Source: an uncultured Anaerolineales bacterium (lineage in GTDB: Bacteria > Planctomycetota > Phycisphaerae > FEN-1346). From it: a stretch of DNA of 64,000 nt. The first letter of the stretch is position 1. Every line of letters begins with the position of its first letter. Positions 56,080 through 64,000 of the stretch are shown piece after piece. Both the position numbers and the translations under genes were made by a program. The notes below the pieces were generated by a model. It made no database searches. It saw nothing but the letters and a program-made list of their open reading frames with translations, and was not told where the DNA came from. The DNA is taken from the NCBI GenBank assembly GCA_964539385.1, contig CAZIJC010000003.1, positions 1,503-65,502 on the forward strand, written 5' to 3'.

Positions 56080-56741
56080 TGAGCACGGTCCTCCGAAAAG
56101 GCAGTGACGTTCTCTGACAATTACGGCGAACTATAGCACAACGGCTTCGGGCAATCAACACAAATCCGCCGTTTCCTGACAAGTTGCGAAACGGCCCGGC
56201 AGGCACCTGCCGGGCTGCCTCCTATCCCTGCATGGTCGTATGTGTCCAGCAACGTTCCATACCGGCCGGAGGCCTGCGGAAACGGGCCCGACACGCCTCA
56301 AGAAAGGCGGGCCTGGCAGGCCCCGCCCCCATCGGGACGATGTGAATCATTGAAGGCAACGGGTGTTCTGTGCCGATGAAAGGCACGGTAAACGCCGCTG
56401 ACAGTGCTCATTGCGTGGCCGTTTACCCTCGTGGCCCCGCACCCGGCCGACGATGCGAGCGGCCCAGGCTGGCCGTTCGGAAGAAAATCACGCATATTCC
56501 GGCGGTGCCGCGCATCTTTCTACAGTGCGGACGCAGTATATCCCCTACGCGAGACAGAAGGCCGTGCGTGTAACGTCTTGCAAGGCAATGACTTACGGCC
56601 GGTTTTCCGTGGCGACAGGCGTTCTCTCGCCGCGGCCCCCTGGACGGGTTGACGCACCGCACGGTAGCAGTACCCTTTAAGAAGAAACGGTTCCCCCCAT
56701 GTTGGGGGAGAACCACTGCTTCTCACAGCAAGGAATCGGGC

Positions 56742-57884
56742 ATGGCGCAGGCTAAACGCAATCTGTTGCCGATAGGCATCCACCTGACCCCGGATGCCGT
56801 CCACATGGCCCAGTTAGAGCAGAACGGCCATGACGTCAAGGTGGTCTCCAAAGCCAGTTGCCACCTGTCCACCTCGGCGGCGACGATTGCCCGCATCGTG
56901 GCAGCCGGTGATGGTGTCGGCGACGCGCTCGGCAGTGATGGCGCCCCAGTACAGGCCCGTATGGACGAGACGACCTACGGCCGGGCCCAGCAGTTCGTCC
57001 GCCGGACGGTTGCGTCAGACGGCTTCCGCAACAAGGAAGTGGTCATCAATCTGCCGCAGGAACATCTGGTGATCCAGCACGTCCGGATGCCGCCCATGCA
57101 GCCGGAAGAACTGAAAGCCGCCCTGCCCTACGAACTCCAAGGCAAACTGCCGTTTGATCCGCAGGCCGCGGTTGTCCGTCACATCGTGGCCGGCACGGTC
57201 TCGGAGAACAACGAAACCAAGCACGACGTTCTCGTTCTGGCCGTGCCGCGTCATATCGTAGAGAAGCGTGTATCGGGAATGACGCGGATGGGGCTCACCG
57301 TTAGCGGCGTGGGCGTGGAGCCGTGCGCTATGTGCTACTGCTACGCGTTCGCAGCGAGTCACTCGGAAGCCAGCCAGGCCGGGCCTGTTTGCGCGATGGT
57401 TGTTTACCTGGGCACCCGGGCCACGCACGTGGCCATTTTGCGCGGCCAGGAGACGGCGTTCGTCAAGGGGATCGGGCAAGGAACAGATCGCCTGATAGAA
57501 GCCGTGGCAAAGGTCAAGGGGAGTTCCCTCGAGGAAGCCGCGGCGCTGGTCGAGACATGGCGGCAATCGGCGGAACCCGCAACACTCGACGAAGCGGTCG
57601 AAACCTACAAGCGCAGCTGCCGGAGTCTGGATTACCTCGCCGACGAGATCGAGTCGTGCATTCGGTACCATGCGTCGCTGGCCCGCGGGGCCGCGGTTGA
57701 CCGGTTGTATTTCGTGGGCCCCGGGGCCGCGGACCGAGCGCTGGTCTGTGTCCTGCGTGGCCGGCTGCGTATTCCCTGCGAGGTCGGCGATCCGTTCGGC
57801 ACCGTGATGGACAAGGTCAACCCGGAAACGGCCGAGCCGGAGATGGCCGTCGCCGTCGGCCTCAGTCTGTTTGGGGCACAATGA
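56742..57884 (+). CDS. pilM: type IV pilus assembly protein PilM
   Basis: Actin-like ATPase fold pattern, position before pilN/O; ATG 56742 after AAGGAATCGGG. Confidence 0.75.
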   Translation: MAQAKRNLLPIGIHLTPDAVHMAQLEQNGHDVKVVSKASCHLSTSAATIARIVAAGDGVGDALGSDGAPVQARMDETTYGRAQQFVRRTVASDGFRNKEVVINLPQEHLVIQHVRMPPMQPEELKAALPYELQGKLPFDPQAAVVRHIVAGTVSENNETKHDVLVLAVPRHIVEKRVSGMTRMGLTVSGVGVEPCAMCYCYAFAASHSEASQAGPVCAMVVYLGTRATHVAILRGQETAFVKGIGQGTDRLIEAVAKVKGSSLEEAAALVETWRQSAEPATLDEAVETYKRSCRSLDYLADEIESCIRYHASLARGAAVDRLYFVGPGAADRALVCVLRGRLRIPCEVGDPFGTVMDKVNPETAEPEMAVAVGLSLFGAQ

Positions 57885-57903
57885 GCCGAGGAAGGACCGC
57901 CTG

Positions 57904-58641
57904 ATGCGAGTCACGAATTTCTTGCCGGACGGCTACCTCCGGCGGCGCGATATCCGCCGGGCCAACTGGACGTGCCTTGGGATTGCCGCCGTCACACTGC
58001 TGCTCCTCGGTGCGGTGGTAGCCTTTGTGCTCATTCGGTCGTGGAGCATGGCCGGGATGCGTGCTCTCGAAGAACTCCAGTACCGGGTGGCCAGCCGCCA
58101 GATTGACGACCTGAAGCAACTCGAACAGCGCAAGACCAGCCTCCTTCACAAGGTGGAGTTGAGCACGGCCCTTCTTGAACGCGTTCCCCGAAGTCACCTG
58201 CTGGCTCGACTGACCAACCACCTCCCGGAGCACACGAGCCTGACGTCCATCACCATGCAACTCGAAGTAATGAAAATGAACCCGAAGAAAGCCGACGCGG
58301 GCGACACCCCGCCGGCGGGCGGCAAGCCGGCGACCGGCGCCGCAGGCAAGAACCAGCCCCGCGCCGTCACGGCGAAACGGCTGCGCTTTCGGCTGGATGG
58401 CTTGGCTGAGACCGACGTCGAAGTGGCCGAGTACATCTCTCGGCTTCACGCCGATCCCCTCTTTGAGAACGTGGACCTGCAGTTCTCAGAGGCGTTTCCG
58501 TATCAGGAAGATGTGACCATGCGGCGGTTTCAGATGTCGCTGCTGTTGAGCGAGGATGCCGGAAAGGTGTTGGGATCGCCGGCGGCCGAGGCGCCGTCCG
58601 TCGCCGAGTCGGCTCCGGCTGACGCGAAAGGTAAATCATGA
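57904..58641 (+). CDS. pilN: PilN-like pilus assembly protein
   Basis: Single TM then coiled coil; RBS GGAAGGA. Confidence 0.65.
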   Translation: MRVTNFLPDGYLRRRDIRRANWTCLGIAAVTLLLLGAVVAFVLIRSWSMAGMRALEELQYRVASRQIDDLKQLEQRKTSLLHKVELSTALLERVPRSHLLARLTNHLPEHTSLTSITMQLEVMKMNPKKADAGDTPPAGGKPATGAAGKNQPRAVTAKRLRFRLDGLAETDVEVAEYISRLHADPLFENVDLQFSEAFPYQEDVTMRRFQMSLLLSEDAGKVLGSPAAEAPSVAESAPADAKGKS

Positions 58642-59165
58642 AAGGTCCGACCCGGATCCTTATAACCGCCTTGGGCATGGTTGTCGTCGCGGCCGTGGTG
58701 GCGGTCCTGCTCATTGTGCCGGCGCTTCGCCGCACGGAGGCCGACCGCGCGGCGATTCAGGACCGACGGGCAGAACTGCTGAAACTTCAGCGTGTGGCCA
58801 CCCTAATCAATGATCTCAAGAAAGAGATCGGACGGCTCCAAGAGGCGCTGACCTTCTTCGAGGACCGGTTGCCCGAGGAACACGAGATCGACGTAATCCT
58901 GCGGGAAGTGTGGCTGATCGCCGATTCGAAATCTCTGACCCCACGCAGCATCCGGACCAATGAACCGGAAACCTTGCCGCGATACAACTCTCAGCCGATC
59001 ACCCTTTCCCTCCAAGGGCCGTTCGAGAGTTTTTACGAGTTTCTGTTGGGCTTGGAACGCCTGCCACGCCTGACCAAGGTCCGGCAGATGCAGGTCACCA
59101 AATTGCCGCTGGCCGAGGGCGTCGTTCAGGTTGATCTTCTCATGGACATTTTCTTCGAGAAATAA
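58638..59165 (+). CDS. pilO: PilO-like pilus assembly protein
   Basis: TM + coiled coil + C-terminal domain; ATGA-coupled. Confidence 0.65.
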   Translation: MKGPTRILITALGMVVVAAVVAVLLIVPALRRTEADRAAIQDRRAELLKLQRVATLINDLKKEIGRLQEALTFFEDRLPEEHEIDVILREVWLIADSKSLTPRSIRTNEPETLPRYNSQPITLSLQGPFESFYEFLLGLERLPRLTKVRQMQVTKLPLAEGVVQVDLLMDIFFEK

Positions 59166-59167
59166 AC

Positions 59168-59866
59168 ATGCTACAGCCACCCGAACAAGAAGAGCAGATC
59201 CGCGTAGGAAAAAAGGGCATCGAGACCGTGCCCCAAGAAGGCTCTGCCGTCAAGACGGGCTTCGGCGACAGGAAGAAGGTCCTTATCCTCGCGGTTCTGC
59301 TCACGGTCGGGGCCGGTGTCGCCGCATACCAGTTCCTGGGTGGATCCGGCCCGAAAGAGGCGGCTGCGGTCTCCGCGGCGGTGCCGGCCCCAGGCAGCCG
59401 GGCGGCTGGCGCGACGAATGTCGACAGTGTGCTGGAGCATCTCGACGCCCGCCCGCAGAACGAGGCCGAGCAAGACCTTTCCGTAGACCGGGTCGAGGAG
59501 ATCGTCAACACGTTCGACACCTACGTTCAGACACGGCAGGTGCCGCTCGAAGGGCTTCGTGTCAATCCGTTCGCCGTCGTGCGAATCGAGGCTCAGCGGG
59601 ACGCGCAGGAGCAGGCCCAAGCCGACGAAGAGGCGGAAGCCGAAGCACGCCGACGCCGGGTGGTCGACGCCGCCCGCGCGCTTAAGGTCGGCTCGATCCT
59701 CATCGTCGGCGACGAGCGAAAAGCCATCGTGGGTGGAAGACTGTGTCAGGTCGGAGACACGCTTGAGGGCTTTCGCGTCGAGGCGATTGACACCGATTGC
59801 GTGAGGCTCTCCGTCGAAGGCGAAACCGTGAAACTCCGGCTGAGGCCGGAAACCGACGGACGCTGA
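59168..59866 (+). CDS. PilP/GspC-like pilus assembly protein
   Basis: TM, low-complexity linker, C-terminal beta domain ILIVGDERKAIVGG...GDTLEGFRVEAID. Confidence 0.5.
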   Translation: MLQPPEQEEQIRVGKKGIETVPQEGSAVKTGFGDRKKVLILAVLLTVGAGVAAYQFLGGSGPKEAAAVSAAVPAPGSRAAGATNVDSVLEHLDARPQNEAEQDLSVDRVEEIVNTFDTYVQTRQVPLEGLRVNPFAVVRIEAQRDAQEQAQADEEAEAEARRRRVVDAARALKVGSILIVGDERKAIVGGRLCQVGDTLEGFRVEAIDTDCVRLSVEGETVKLRLRPETDGR

Positions 59867-59870
59867 GGAC

Positions 59871-61718
59871 ATGCCAATGGCGAACGACCAGGTAACATCC
59901 GATTCGGTCGTGGCCTTGGAGCCGGCCCCGGAGCACCCCGACCAGGTCGAGAATCCCCAGGCGGAGAACGCCCCGGAACGGGTCCAGACTTTGCAAAAGC
60001 ATCCCCGAATGGGCGACAATCTGGTTGAACGCGGCGTGTTGACGCGACCGCAACTCGAAGAGTGCCTGGCCCTCCAGAAGTCGAGCCCCGACGAGCGGCT
60101 GGGTCAGATCCTTATCCGAAAAGGCTACGCCACAGACAACGACGTGATGGCGTGCCTGGCGGCGGAATACGGCCTCGACTTCGTCCACGTCGGTCAACTG
60201 GAAACCCCCGCGCAATTCCAGAATCTGTTGCCTACGGACTTCTGCCGCTATCGCAAGGTACTGGTCATCGAGGCCGACGACGACACCGTGACCGTGGCCA
60301 CCTCGGACCCGGCAAACGTGTTCCTGCTGGACGAGATCCGCCGCCGGGTTGACCGTCGCGTCATACTCGCCGTGGCGACCGTCTCGGAACTCACCAAGGC
60401 CATTGATGATCGTCTGGGCGGCACCGAGGAGTTTCATCTCGATGACCTGATTCGCGACATCGCCGACGACGCCGTTGAGGTTATCGAGAATGACGACGAC
60501 GAGGCGACGGACCTGGCAAAGGTGGCGGGCGAATCGCCTGTCGTGCGGTTGGCCAACTACCTCATCTGCAACGCCGTCACGGAAGGCGCCAGCGATATTC
60601 ACATTGAACCGGGCGAGAAGAAGATGCGCGTCCGGTACCGGATCGACGGTGTCCTGTTCGAGGTCATGTCTCCGCCGCAGACCATGCACGCCGCCCTGAT
60701 CTCGCGTCTGAAGATCATGGCCAACCTCGACATCTCCGAACGCCGTCTGCCACAGGACGGCCGCATCAGGGCCATCGTCCGGAACCGGTACGTGGACTTC
60801 CGCGTCAACACCCTGCCGACCACGCAGGGCGAGAAAACGGTCATCCGCATTCTCGACAACCGTTCCATCCTGATCGGTCTGGAGCGGCTGGGGTTCGAGC
60901 CGGATCACCTCGCCATGTTCAAGGAGCACATCACTCGCCCGCACGGGGTCATTCTGGTGACCGGGCCGACCGGCTCCGGCAAGACGACCACGCTGTATTC
61001 GGCCCTCATGACGATGAACGGCGCGGAGATGAACATCTCGACGACCGAAGACCCGGTCGAATACTTCCTGAGTTTCGCCAACCAGGTCCAGATCAACGAC
61101 CGAATCGGCTTCACGTTCGCCAGCGCCCTGCGTGCCCTGCTCCGACAGGACCCCGACGTCATTATGGTCGGCGAGATCCGAGATGAGGAGACCGCCCGTA
61201 TTTCTGTCCAGGCCGCCCTCACCGGCCACCTCGTGCTTTCGACGCTCCATACGAACGACGCGCCGTCAAGCATTACGCGGCTGATCAATATCGGCATCGA
61301 ACCGTACCTGATCAGCGCGTCGGTCAACGCGGTCATGGCCCAGCGTCTGGTCCGCCGCATCTGTGAGAAATGCAAAGAGACCTACGAGCCGAACGATGAA
61401 GTCAGGCTGGCCCTCCAAAAAGCCAACCTGCAGGTGGATACGCTATACCGCGGAGCGGGCTGTGACAACTGCCGCAACACCGGCTACAGCGGACGATGCG
61501 GCATCTACGAAATGCTCGAACTCGACGACGGCTTCCGAGACCTCGTGGCAACTCGGCCCAGTGTGACCAAACTGCGCCGCTACGCCCAGAAGCGCGGCAT
61601 GGTCGGCCTGCGAGAGGACGGCCTCCGAAAACTTCGCAGGGGCGTCACCACCCTCGAAGAGGTGTTGCGTACCACCGAAGACGCCACCATGCCAACGGTT
61701 GGAGGAGACAAAACGTGA
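59871..61718 (+). CDS. pilB: type II/IV secretion system ATPase (PilB/GspE family)
   Basis: N-terminal T2SSE_N domain, Walker A GPTGSGKTTTLYS, Asp/His boxes. Confidence 0.9.
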   Translation: MPMANDQVTSDSVVALEPAPEHPDQVENPQAENAPERVQTLQKHPRMGDNLVERGVLTRPQLEECLALQKSSPDERLGQILIRKGYATDNDVMACLAAEYGLDFVHVGQLETPAQFQNLLPTDFCRYRKVLVIEADDDTVTVATSDPANVFLLDEIRRRVDRRVILAVATVSELTKAIDDRLGGTEEFHLDDLIRDIADDAVEVIENDDDEATDLAKVAGESPVVRLANYLICNAVTEGASDIHIEPGEKKMRVRYRIDGVLFEVMSPPQTMHAALISRLKIMANLDISERRLPQDGRIRAIVRNRYVDFRVNTLPTTQGEKTVIRILDNRSILIGLERLGFEPDHLAMFKEHITRPHGVILVTGPTGSGKTTTLYSALMTMNGAEMNISTTEDPVEYFLSFANQVQINDRIGFTFASALRALLRQDPDVIMVGEIRDEETARISVQAALTGHLVLSTLHTNDAPSSITRLINIGIEPYLISASVNAVMAQRLVRRICEKCKETYEPNDEVRLALQKANLQVDTLYRGAGCDNCRNTGYSGRCGIYEMLELDDGFRDLVATRPSVTKLRRYAQKRGMVGLREDGLRKLRRGVTTLEEVLRTTEDATMPTVGGDKT

Positions 61719-62779
61719 GCCGCATTTGGGAACTCCTCGAGCGGACGGTTGCCGGCGGGGCCAGCGACCTGCACATTATTGTCGGTCTGCCGCCGCTTCT
61801 GCGCATCCATACGGTCCTGGCCGAAATAGAAGGTGAACCCGTCATCAGCACCGAGGAGGCCAAAGCCGCCGTTCAGGACATCCTCGAAGACGATCAGTAC
61901 AAGCGGTTCATCGCACAGCGCGACCTGGACTTCTCCGCCACCCTGCCCGCCGGTTCAAGGTTTCGCGTCAACGCCCACTTTCAACGCGGAGCGCCCGCCC
62001 TGGCGTGTCGCGCCATTCCGCTCAAGGTTCCCCAACTGGCGACGCTGAACCTTCCCGAGGCGGCCCATGCCTTCGCCGACACGCCGCACGAGGGAATCGT
62101 TCTTGTGACAGGCGAAACCGGAAGCGGAAAATCCACCACCCTCGCCTCCATGATCGACTACATCAACCACAGATACCCGTATCACATCATCACGCTTGAG
62201 GATCCGATCGAGTATTTCATCGAGTCGGACAAGTCCGCCGTGGAGCAACGCGAGGTCGGCCCCGACGTGCCGGATTTCAAGTCCGGACTCCGCCACGTGC
62301 TCCGCCAGGACCCCGACATCATCCTCATCGGCGAAATGCGAGACCTCGAAACCATCTCGACGGCGCTGACGGCCGCCGAAACCGGGCACCTTGTCCTCTC
62401 CACCCTGCACACGAACGACGCCGCCTCCACCGTTGAACGGATCGTCGACGTGTTCCCCGCCGCCCAGCAAAACCAGATCCGCTCCATGCTCGCCAACACG
62501 CTCAAAGGCGTCATCTGCCAGCGGCTGCTGCCGCGAATCGACGAACCCGGGATGGTTCCGGCCACGGAGGTGCTCATCTCGACGCCCGCCGTCCGCAACT
62601 GCATTCGCGAGAACCGCGTCTTCGAAATCTTCAACATCATCGAAACCAACCGCGCCGCCGGCATGCACTTGTTCGACACGTCCCTGAAGCAACTCTTCTT
62701 CGCCAGCATGATCAGCCGCGACGTCGCACTGCACTACGCACGGACCCCCGACGAATTGGCCCGCGCGATCTCGGCCTAG
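61715..62779 (+). CDS. pilT: twitching motility ATPase PilT
   Basis: GTG start overlapping pilB stop; Walker A GETGSGKSTTL; about 354 aa. Confidence 0.85.
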   Translation: MSRIWELLERTVAGGASDLHIIVGLPPLLRIHTVLAEIEGEPVISTEEAKAAVQDILEDDQYKRFIAQRDLDFSATLPAGSRFRVNAHFQRGAPALACRAIPLKVPQLATLNLPEAAHAFADTPHEGIVLVTGETGSGKSTTLASMIDYINHRYPYHIITLEDPIEYFIESDKSAVEQREVGPDVPDFKSGLRHVLRQDPDIILIGEMRDLETISTALTAAETGHLVLSTLHTNDAASTVERIVDVFPAAQQNQIRSMLANTLKGVICQRLLPRIDEPGMVPATEVLISTPAVRNCIRENRVFEIFNIIETNRAAGMHLFDTSLKQLFFASMISRDVALHYARTPDELARAISA

Positions 62780-62783
62780 GTGA

Positions 62784-64000
62784 ATGATGCCTACGTATCG
62801 GTATCAGATGAAGAAGCCCGACGGCCAGGTGGTTGTCGGAACCCTCAGCGCCGACAACCAGACCCTCGCGGCGCAGCAGATCCGTGAACTCGGCGGCGTT
62901 GTCCTGGACCTCACGCGGACCGGGACCGATGGCAACAAGGCGGCAAAGACGGGCGGTCTCGTTGTTTTCAACCGCATCGGCGCCAAGGACCTTCTCGCTT
63001 TCACAAGCCAGTTGAGCGTCATGTCAAAAGCCGGCATCGGCCTGACCACCGCCCTGGAGAGCATCGGCGACCAGATCGTCAACCCCCGCATGAACACCGT
63101 GGTCCGAACACTCAAACGCGACGTCGAGGCCGGACAACAGTTCTCGGAAGCCATTCAGCGGTTTCCCAAGGTCTTCTCGGTGCTCTACGTCAACATGGTC
63201 CGGGCCAGCGAGTTGGCCGGCACCTTCGGCCACATGCTCAGTCGCGTCAAAGACTACCTGACCCAGCAGGCCCAGACCAAGCGGCAGGTTGTCGGGGCCA
63301 TGATTTATCCGTTCATCATCGTCCTCCTCGCCGTCGCGACCACCGTCTTCATGCTCACGTTTATCCTGCCCCAGTTCATGGTCCTTTTCGCGGGCAAAGA
63401 GGAGATTCTGCCCATGCCCACGAAGATGCTCATGGCCATGAGCACGTCGCTGCGGCACTACTGGTACCTCTACATCGTGGTTATGGGGGGCGCCACGGGA
63501 GGCCTGTTCTACTTCATCCGTACCGACGCCGGCCGCGCGTGGTGGGACATGGTAAAACTCAAAGCGCCGCTCCTCAAAAAACTGTGCCACGCCCTCTACC
63601 TGTCGAGGGGCCTCAGAACGATGGGCGAACTCGTCAACGCCGGCGTGCCGATGCTCGACACCATTGTCATCACGGCCGAGGTCAGCGGCAACGTCCACTA
63701 CGCCAAGGTCTGGCATCGGGTCCACGCGGCCGTCCGGAAAGGCCAACGCCTGGCCCCCATACTGGCCAAGAGCCCTCTCATTCCCAACAGCGTCGCCCAG
63801 ATGATCGCCGCCGGCGAGGAAACCGGAACCCTCGCCGACATCCTCACCGACGTCAGCGAGTTCTACGACGACCAGTTAACGGCCACCATCAAGGCGGTCA
63901 CCAGCGCCATCGAGCCCATCATGATCATGCTCATGGGCGGCATCGTCGCGTTCATCGCCGCATCGATCCTGTTGCCCATCTTCAAGATGTCCCAGTTGGT
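62784..64000 (+). CDS. pilC: type IV pilus/T2SS platform protein PilC/GspF (3' end beyond window)
   Basis: GspF-domain duplication, three TM helices; frame open to window end. Confidence 0.8.
   Translation, partial: MMPTYRYQMKKPDGQVVVGTLSADNQTLAAQQIRELGGVVLDLTRTGTDGNKAAKTGGLVVFNRIGAKDLLAFTSQLSVMSKAGIGLTTALESIGDQIVNPRMNTVVRTLKRDVEAGQQFSEAIQRFPKVFSVLYVNMVRASELAGTFGHMLSRVKDYLTQQAQTKRQVVGAMIYPFIIVLLAVATTVFMLTFILPQFMVLFAGKEEILPMPTKMLMAMSTSLRHYWYLYIVVMGGATGGLFYFIRTDAGRAWWDMVKLKAPLLKKLCHALYLSRGLRTMGELVNAGVPMLDTIVITAEVSGNVHYAKVWHRVHAAVRKGQRLAPILAKSPLIPNSVAQMIAAGEETGTLADILTDVSEFYDDQLTATIKAVTSAIEPIMIMLMGGIVAFIAASILLPIFKMSQL

Overview
High-GC (about 68%) bacterial chromosomal window with three parts. 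(1) Positions 1-11126 are host housekeeping genes: a pssA-like fragment, a lipoprotein, hisS, a bioB/beta-ketoacyl-ACP synthase pair, an ABC transporter ATPase with a large membrane partner, and rpsU. (2) Positions 11127-55258 are a roughly 44-kb integrated tailed prophage. Its left arm is an early operon of small genes with a thrice-repeated leader element and a divergent promoter/operator region. The middle holds a ParB-like nuclease, a methyltransferase-fold/DUF5131 gene pair, TerS/TerL, a lambda-type head module (portal, S78 protease-scaffold, decoration protein, E-family major capsid), a Cys-rich tail fibre next to a GT9 glycosyltransferase, a tape-measure-like protein, LamG-domain and 1249-aa tail proteins. 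The right arm is a leftward replication/recombination module: a 674-aa ParB-domain protein, Dam methylase, an initiator with internal iterons, ASCH, RusA and an HhH-GPD glycosylase, chained by ATGA start/stop overlaps. No integrase or recombinase gene is recognisable. The element is bounded by a 17-bp perfect direct repeat whose right copy is part of a 28-bp dif-like site (ATAA-N6-TTATG core), suggesting Xer-mediated integration at the chromosomal dif. (3) Positions 55259-64000 are host genes: an FHA-domain protein with a (KAPKP)n repeat and a type IV pilus/T2SS-like cluster (pilM, pilN, pilO, pilP-like, pilB, pilT, pilC partial). Many long ORFs in the six-frame track are antisense GC-skew artefacts and were not called.
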